Positions 58,842-64,000 of a DNA stretch of 64,000 bases are shown here, in pieces. The notes beneath the pieces are model-generated. The model searched no databases, was not told the DNA's origin, and saw only the letters and a list, made by a program, of their open reading frames with translations. Each line of letters starts with the position of its first letter. Within the stretch, counting starts at the first letter, position 1. Origin of the DNA: Sulfolobales archaeon (GTDB lineage Archaea; Thermoproteota; Thermoprotei_A; Sulfolobales; NBVN01); contig JAWBTQ010000002.1 of the NCBI GenBank assembly GCA_038841535.1, positions 32,001-96,000 on the forward strand, in the 5' to 3' direction. The position numbers and the translations under genes are program-made.

Positions 58842-60506
58842 GTGGTAGTGGGTGTTGGCGTGAGGGAGTTGCGTAAGGTGGTCGATCCCTATGAAGCACT
58901 AAGTACTATTAAGGACGGTTCTATCGTAGCGATTTCCGGGTTCAACATGATCGCTACTCCGGCTTACCTACTGCTTAAGCTATATGAGCTATACGAGCAG
59001 ACAGGGCACCCAAGGAACCTCTTCATTATAGCTGAAACCTGTCCTGGCACTCCGGGTAGAGGACTCGACGCTATAGGGAGAAAGATGATCGAAAACATGG
59101 ATTATGCCTTTTTACGTGGAGTTTTAATTCCGTACTATGGATGGGTTCCAAGCATCTCAAAGCTAGTTGAGGAAAACTTAATTGAAGGATATAACTGGCC
59201 GATCGGTGTAGTTTCCCACTGGTTCAGAGAAGTAGCTGCCGGGAGACCTGGTCTAATCACTAAGGTCGGGCTTAACACTATGTTTGACCCAAGATTAGAG
59301 GGAGGGTTTCTCAACGAGCTCGCAGCTAAGAAGCGCACATGTAGGGTTGACGTAGTCACGATAGCAGATGAGGAGATGCTACTATACTCTTGCCCGAAGC
59401 CTACAGTAGCTCTAATTCGTGCTACAACAGCTGATGAAGAAGGAAACCTATCGATGGAACACGAGAGTGCTGTTCTTAACGTATTAAGTATAGCCCAAGC
59501 AGCAAGGTCTTCACCAGATAGAGGGATCGTTATTGCTCAAGTGAAGAGGCTTGCTAAGTTGAGGTCCATAAAACCTAGAGAGGTCCACGTTCCTGGGCCT
59601 TTAGTAAACTACGTAGTCACATCTCCAGAGCTCTTGGAGTACCACGGGCAGACGTACTCAGTTTTGTACGACCCAGCACTCTCTGGGGAACTTATGCCCC
59701 CAGAGGAAGCAACGAGAGCTTCCATGCTCCCACTGAGCGTCAGAAAGATTATCGCTAGAAGGGTTGCCATTGAGCTGGTAACACTCGTAATAGAGGTAGG
59801 TAGACCTATCCTTGTAAACCTAGGGATAGGGATTCCTGCCGAAGTAGCGTCGGTCCTTGCCGAGGAAGGTATTGGAGACTTCGTCTTTACAACAGTCGAA
59901 TCGGGCCCGTTCGGCGGCATAGCATTAACAGGACCGGACTTTGGAGCGTCAAGAGGGTTCTTTGCTTTAGTACCTATGGCGGACATGTTCTCTCTATACG
60001 AAGGAGGGATAATCGATGCAGCCTCCTTAGGGTTCTTACAGGTAGATCCTCAAGGAAACGTGAACCCGGCTTTCCTCCCAGGTAGAATGCCGGGAGCTGG
60101 CGGATTTCCAGTCATAGCCTTTGGAGCACCAAACCTATTATTTGCTGGAGAGTTTACTGCGGGTAGCAGGCAAGTGAAAACCTCGAGCGGTGGTCTCGAG
60201 ATAATCGATGATGGTGACGTAATTAAGTTTGTAAAGAGAGTGTACAAAGTAGTCTACAGCGGTTCTCATGGAGTACTTAGAGGGCAGAACGTGCTATATA
60301 TAACCGAGAGAGCCGTCTTTAGGCTTACCGAGGGCGGTCTAGAGCTAGTTGAAGTAGCACCAGGGATAGATATAGATAAGCACATTCTCTCTAAAATGGA
60401 GTTCAAACCTAAAATCAGCAGGAACGTTAGGGAGATGAATAAGGAGTTATTCTATGAAAAGCCTATCGGACTTCGAAATATAATCCTTTCGTTACTAAAG
60501 AGGTAG
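58842..60506 (+). CDS. Family I acyl-CoA:acetate/propionate CoA-transferase (fused alpha/beta)
   Basis: IKDG..VAISGF, PGLITKVGL.T..DPR, NLGIGIP, TVESG (catalytic Glu), GNVN, YITERAVF, EVAPG. Confidence 0.9.
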   Translation: MVVGVGVRELRKVVDPYEALSTIKDGSIVAISGFNMIATPAYLLLKLYELYEQTGHPRNLFIIAETCPGTPGRGLDAIGRKMIENMDYAFLRGVLIPYYGWVPSISKLVEENLIEGYNWPIGVVSHWFREVAAGRPGLITKVGLNTMFDPRLEGGFLNELAAKKRTCRVDVVTIADEEMLLYSCPKPTVALIRATTADEEGNLSMEHESAVLNVLSIAQAARSSPDRGIVIAQVKRLAKLRSIKPREVHVPGPLVNYVVTSPELLEYHGQTYSVLYDPALSGELMPPEEATRASMLPLSVRKIIARRVAIELVTLVIEVGRPILVNLGIGIPAEVASVLAEEGIGDFVFTTVESGPFGGIALTGPDFGASRGFFALVPMADMFSLYEGGIIDAASLGFLQVDPQGNVNPAFLPGRMPGAGGFPVIAFGAPNLLFAGEFTAGSRQVKTSSGGLEIIDDGDVIKFVKRVYKVVYSGSHGVLRGQNVLYITERAVFRLTEGGLELVEVAPGIDIDKHILSKMEFKPKISRNVREMNKELFYEKPIGLRNIILSLLKR

Positions 60507-60513
60507 AAGCGAC

Positions 60514-60753
60514 CTAACCCCCCATAACGAGAGGCAAGAGTAGGACACGTGCTCCCGCTTGAACGCATTCCTCCATAGAGAGGATTCTGCCTTCCGCCGC
60601 TATTACGTAGTGGTCACGCGGGATTCCAGTTTCTTCAAGGACCTTAAGGAGGTCGCGGACGCTAATTAACGGAGAGTTCGTCTTCACCTTAAGCAACCTT
60701 CCATCAGGGTATACTAACACCTCTAGTTCGTAACTATCCTCTCCGTTAGTCAT
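60514..60753 (-). CDS. MoaD/ThiS family ubiquitin-like sulfur carrier
   Basis: 79 aa ending LLPLVMGG; coupled to AOR. Confidence 0.85.
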   Translation of the reverse strand: MTNGEDSYELEVLVYPDGRLLKVKTNSPLISVRDLLKVLEETGIPRDHYVIAAEGRILSMEECVQAGARVLLLPLVMGG

Positions 60754-62621
60754 TATAATCCCACATCTAGTCCCAACTCCCTCAGCTTAGCGGGATCCGG
60801 ATAGCCGCTTTCCACATCAAGTTTTCTATATTTATAGAAAAGCTTAACCATGTCCTCTATGGGGCATACCGAGCCCCTGACCGGTCCCTCGTTGAGCGGC
60901 TCTCTTGAGAACCTACTAGGCAATATATCCTCAAGTACCTTAAGCCCCAGGTTTAAGTTGAGTAATCTCTCCAGATACCATATTCTCTCCCCTAACCTTA
61001 TTACTTCATCCTTATTGGCGCTGTACCCAGTTATGGTGAAGTAGACCTTAGCCACATGGTCGAAGTCTATAACACCAAACACCGGGAACTTGCACATACC
61101 CACAGAGTCTAAGAAGTTACAGAGGTTCTGTGTTATTACAACCGACTTAACCTTATCTTCAAGGCCCTTCGGGGGCTCTCCTATGCCGTACTCAGGTAGT
61201 AGTGCTACACCTCTCTCTAAAAGAAACGTCATGCCCTGTAGGTGGCTTGCCCCGATATTGGACGTAGCATAAACTAGTCCTATAGTGTGGTACCTCCTTG
61301 GGTGGTGAGCTGGTACTTCGAGACCCTTGACATGTGGTGCGAAGTCGCATGTATCTGGGTGTATATTCTTGCAGGCTCTAGCCACACCGTCGGCTAGAAT
61401 ATTGCCTATACCTTCTCTGTAAGCAATCATGTTAACTAACTTTAGCGCAGACTCTACATCACCCCACTTTAGTTCAAAACCTGCATCGTATTTCTTTATG
61501 TACCCTCTTTCATAGCACTCCATAGCCCAACCTATTACGGCACCAGTGGATATAGTGTCGAGACCTAGTTCATCGCAAGCTCTATTGATAGTTATGAGAG
61601 CACTCGGGTCGTTGATTAGTATGTTTGTTCCCAATAATGCTAAAGTCTCAAACTCGGGATGCTTAAACCAAGCATTATCCAAGTAAACCTCCCTGTGGCA
61701 TTGAATGATGCAGGGAACTTCTGTACCACAGGGCTTTCCTCTAGACTTATAGATCTGCTGCATTACTTGGCCAGTTATTTTAATTCTAGCAGGGTCCTGG
61801 TCTTCGAAGACCCCCTTAGACCAATTCTTTATAGGGACGTTACCGTCTAGAACGTAGGTAACTAAACCTCCAGCAGTGCCGTAAGACTTAAGGGCGCTAG
61901 CTCTCGGGGACTTAAGGCAGGCCTCTCCATGCTTCCTGATAAGTTCTGATAGAGATTTCCTATCTGTGACTGAAATAGTGGACTCACCGTATACTGCTAT
62001 AGCCTTCACCTTCTTAGAGCCCATGACCGCTCCTACCCCTGTCCGCCCCGCAACTCTGTACTCGTTGGAGATTACGCAAGCGAACCTACAAAGGTTCTCA
62101 CCAGCCGGCCCGATGGCTGCTATCTTTAGGTTCTTAACTCCGACCTCTTCTTCTATAGATTTAAAGGTTTCAGAAGTCTTCTTTCCCCAAAGGTGGTCGG
62201 CGGGTCTGATCTCAACTGTTCCGTTAACTATCGAGATGTAGACTGGTGAAGCAGATAACCCACGTAGCACTATACCGTCATAACCAGACTTCTTGATCAT
62301 AGTGCCAAAAGAACCTGCCATCATGCTTTTCCCTAAGTAACCGGAGAGAGGAGAAATGGTTACAAAAGCCGTTTTAGACCCAGATAGGTAGGTTCCAACG
62401 AACGGTCCAGCGACTATAATTAGGGGGTTCTCACTTCCTAGCGGGTCTATCCTACCCTTTTGCTTAACATCTTCGTACAAGAGTCTGACGGCATAGCCCA
62501 TCATCGAGTACAGCCTTACCCAGTCTTCTCTAAGTGACTGTATGCTGTAAGTCTGCCTAGTTAAGTCTATTTCTAAGATTTTGCCGGCGAATCCGCCCAT
62601 ACTCAACACTCCCAGAAACAA
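60753..62621 (-). CDS. aor: Tungsten aldehyde:ferredoxin oxidoreductase family protein (start probably ATG 62600)
   Basis: IGPAGEN, GRTGVGAVMGSKKVKAI, PEFET, DELGLDTIS, HVKGLE, DSVGMC. Confidence 0.92.
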   Translation of the reverse strand: MFLGVLSMGGFAGKILEIDLTRQTYSIQSLREDWVRLYSMMGYAVRLLYEDVKQKGRIDPLGSENPLIIVAGPFVGTYLSGSKTAFVTISPLSGYLGKSMMAGSFGTMIKKSGYDGIVLRGLSASPVYISIVNGTVEIRPADHLWGKKTSETFKSIEEEVGVKNLKIAAIGPAGENLCRFACVISNEYRVAGRTGVGAVMGSKKVKAIAVYGESTISVTDRKSLSELIRKHGEACLKSPRASALKSYGTAGGLVTYVLDGNVPIKNWSKGVFEDQDPARIKITGQVMQQIYKSRGKPCGTEVPCIIQCHREVYLDNAWFKHPEFETLALLGTNILINDPSALITINRACDELGLDTISTGAVIGWAMECYERGYIKKYDAGFELKWGDVESALKLVNMIAYREGIGNILADGVARACKNIHPDTCDFAPHVKGLEVPAHHPRRYHTIGLVYATSNIGASHLQGMTFLLERGVALLPEYGIGEPPKGLEDKVKSVVITQNLCNFLDSVGMCKFPVFGVIDFDHVAKVYFTITGYSANKDEVIRLGERIWYLERLLNLNLGLKVLEDILPSRFSREPLNEGPVRGSVCPIEDMVKLFYKYRKLDVESGYPDPAKLRELGLDVGL

Positions 62622-62755
62622 CTAAAAACTAAAATAATAGCTTGAGCACGACGAACCTTCATCAGTAAATTTCAGACCTCTTCTTTTGCGTTTCTCATGT
62701 ATGCAGGATAGAGTGCTTTGATTCATGAAAAAGTACTTATATCTGTCTAACGTGG

Positions 62756-63769
62756 TTAAGTCCTCGTCTTCAGCCTCTCAATTAGCTTAGGTACGACAAC
62801 GAAGAGGTCGCCCACGATTCCGTAGTCAGCTATCCTAAATATCGGTGCTTCTGGGTCCTTATTGATGGCGATCACTATTTTCGAGTCCTTCATTCCGACA
62901 ACGTGCTGAACAGCACCAGAGATCCCAATAGCTACGTAAACATCCGGTTTGACTGTCTGACCCGTTAGGCCGACTTGGTGGTCGTACGGTATCCAGCCAG
63001 AATCTACTGCTGCCCTAGATGCTCCAACCTCACCGTTAAGTACTTTAGCTAGCTCTCTTAAGAGCTCGAAGCCTCTAGCACCGCAGCCTCTGCCTCCAGA
63101 TACTATCACTCTAGCAGACTTGAGGTCCACCTTTCTTTTCTCTCTCTTGACTTCGAGTACTTCAACTAAGCTTTGCTCGCTTTCCGGTATATTCACGTTC
63201 CACTCAACAACTTTTCCAGTTCTAGACTCGTTCCTTGGAGGGACTGGAAACAAGCCTGGGCGAACTGTTGCCATTTGAGGTCTACGCTGAGGTGTCACTA
63301 TGGCGGCCATGATTTCGCCGCCGAACGTAGGTCTTATTTGGTATAAGATCTTCTCGTATTTTCTACCTGTTCCAGGGTCTACCCAGTCACCTATATCTAC
63401 ATCAGTGCAGTCAGCAGTAATCCCGGTTCTAAGTCTCGCGGCAACTCTAGGAGCTAGCTCGCGACCAATTACGGTAGCTGAGAACAACACGATTTCGGGT
63501 TCCACTTTCTTGATTACTTCTACTATGGCACTAGTATACGGTAGCAGCTTATAAGAGTCAAGTCTCGGGTCGTCAACTATGTGTACTTCGTCAGCACCCC
63601 TGTATATCAGCTCTTCAGCGACATCTCTAATCTTGTGACCTACTAGTATCGCACCGATATTAAGTCCTGCCTTATTAGCGAGGTCTCCAGCTTTACCTAG
63701 AAGCTCGAGGGAGTGGTCCGCCGGCAGTCCCTCCAGGGTCTCTACGTAGACAAGTATCTTTTTCGACAT
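62756..63769 (-). CDS. etfA: Electron transfer flavoprotein alpha subunit
   Basis: TGITADC, RPTFGG, PQMATVR, VSGGRG, QVGLTGQTV.P, GISGAVQH..GM, INKD. Confidence 0.95.
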   Translation of the reverse strand: MSKKILVYVETLEGLPADHSLELLGKAGDLANKAGLNIGAILVGHKIRDVAEELIYRGADEVHIVDDPRLDSYKLLPYTSAIVEVIKKVEPEIVLFSATVIGRELAPRVAARLRTGITADCTDVDIGDWVDPGTGRKYEKILYQIRPTFGGEIMAAIVTPQRRPQMATVRPGLFPVPPRNESRTGKVVEWNVNIPESEQSLVEVLEVKREKRKVDLKSARVIVSGGRGCGARGFELLRELAKVLNGEVGASRAAVDSGWIPYDHQVGLTGQTVKPDVYVAIGISGAVQHVVGMKDSKIVIAINKDPEAPIFRIADYGIVGDLFVVVPKLIERLKTRT

Positions 63770-63774
63770 TTCTG

Positions 63775-64000
63775 CTACACCCCTAGCGAGACTCCATCTT
63801 TCTTTAGCTCGCTTATGAGCTTCTCAATAGCGACATCGACATCTGAATCGGTGAATATTTTACCTCTCCTCCTGATCTCGATCCTCCACATTCTTACTAC
63901 TCTAGTAGGAGATCCTACCAAACCAACTAAGGACGGGTCTAGACCGACCGCATCAGCGTTCCACACGTCTATATGCTTTCGCCTAGCGGCTAGTACTTCC
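63775..64000 (-). CDS. etfB: Electron transfer flavoprotein beta subunit, C-terminal part (runs off window end)
   Basis: GLVGSPTRV motif directly upstream of etfA. Confidence 0.85.
   Translation of the reverse strand, partial: EVLAARRKHIDVWNADAVGLDPSLVGLVGSPTRVVRMWRIEIRRRGKIFTDSDVDVAIEKLISELKKDGVSLGV

Noticed and set aside
475-63554. Many 60-220 aa ORFs antisense to or inside confident genes (e.g. 3989-4537, 8234-8752, 21141-21665, 29555-30223)
   Set aside because: These are shadow ORFs with Ser/Thr-rich antisense composition and no motifs.
1-64000. CRISPR array, rRNA or tRNA genes
   Set aside because: No regularly spaced 24-40 bp repeats, tRNA cloverleaf/T-loop or rRNA-like segments were seen in any intergenic gap.

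Overview
This is a gene-dense chromosomal window from what looks like an anaerobic, peptide-fermenting crenarchaeon (Desulfurococcales/Thermofilales-like). That assignment is inferred from TATA boxes, leaderless and GTG/TTG starts, ThiR, non-Cys Thi4, AOR and archaeal DppA proteins. Housekeeping and metabolic content includes GGT, RNase HII, Hsp20, two DppABC clusters without ATPases, two Na+/solute symporters, pxpABC, an MrfA/Hrq1-type helicase, a DtxR-like regulator, folP, thi4, thiR, a heterodimeric ABC exporter, a KaiC-like ATPase, a LysA-like decarboxylase, a CoA-transferase, AOR-MoaD and ETF. Two things stand out. First, a Ni-CODH cluster (cooF-cooS, cooC, cooT) adjoins an incomplete group 4 [NiFe]-hydrogenase module and a divergent pair of related small membrane proteins. 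Second, many long intergenic gaps hold decayed IS200/IS605/IS607 tnpB-like fragments (about 9 candidates, of varying strength), in several of which the structured 3' (omegaRNA-like) end is better preserved than the coding part. These include three homologous copies of one family and a TATA-preceded mini-element with almost no tnpB left. No CRISPR array, rRNA or tRNA was seen. All family calls come from motif recognition by eye, and no database search was run.
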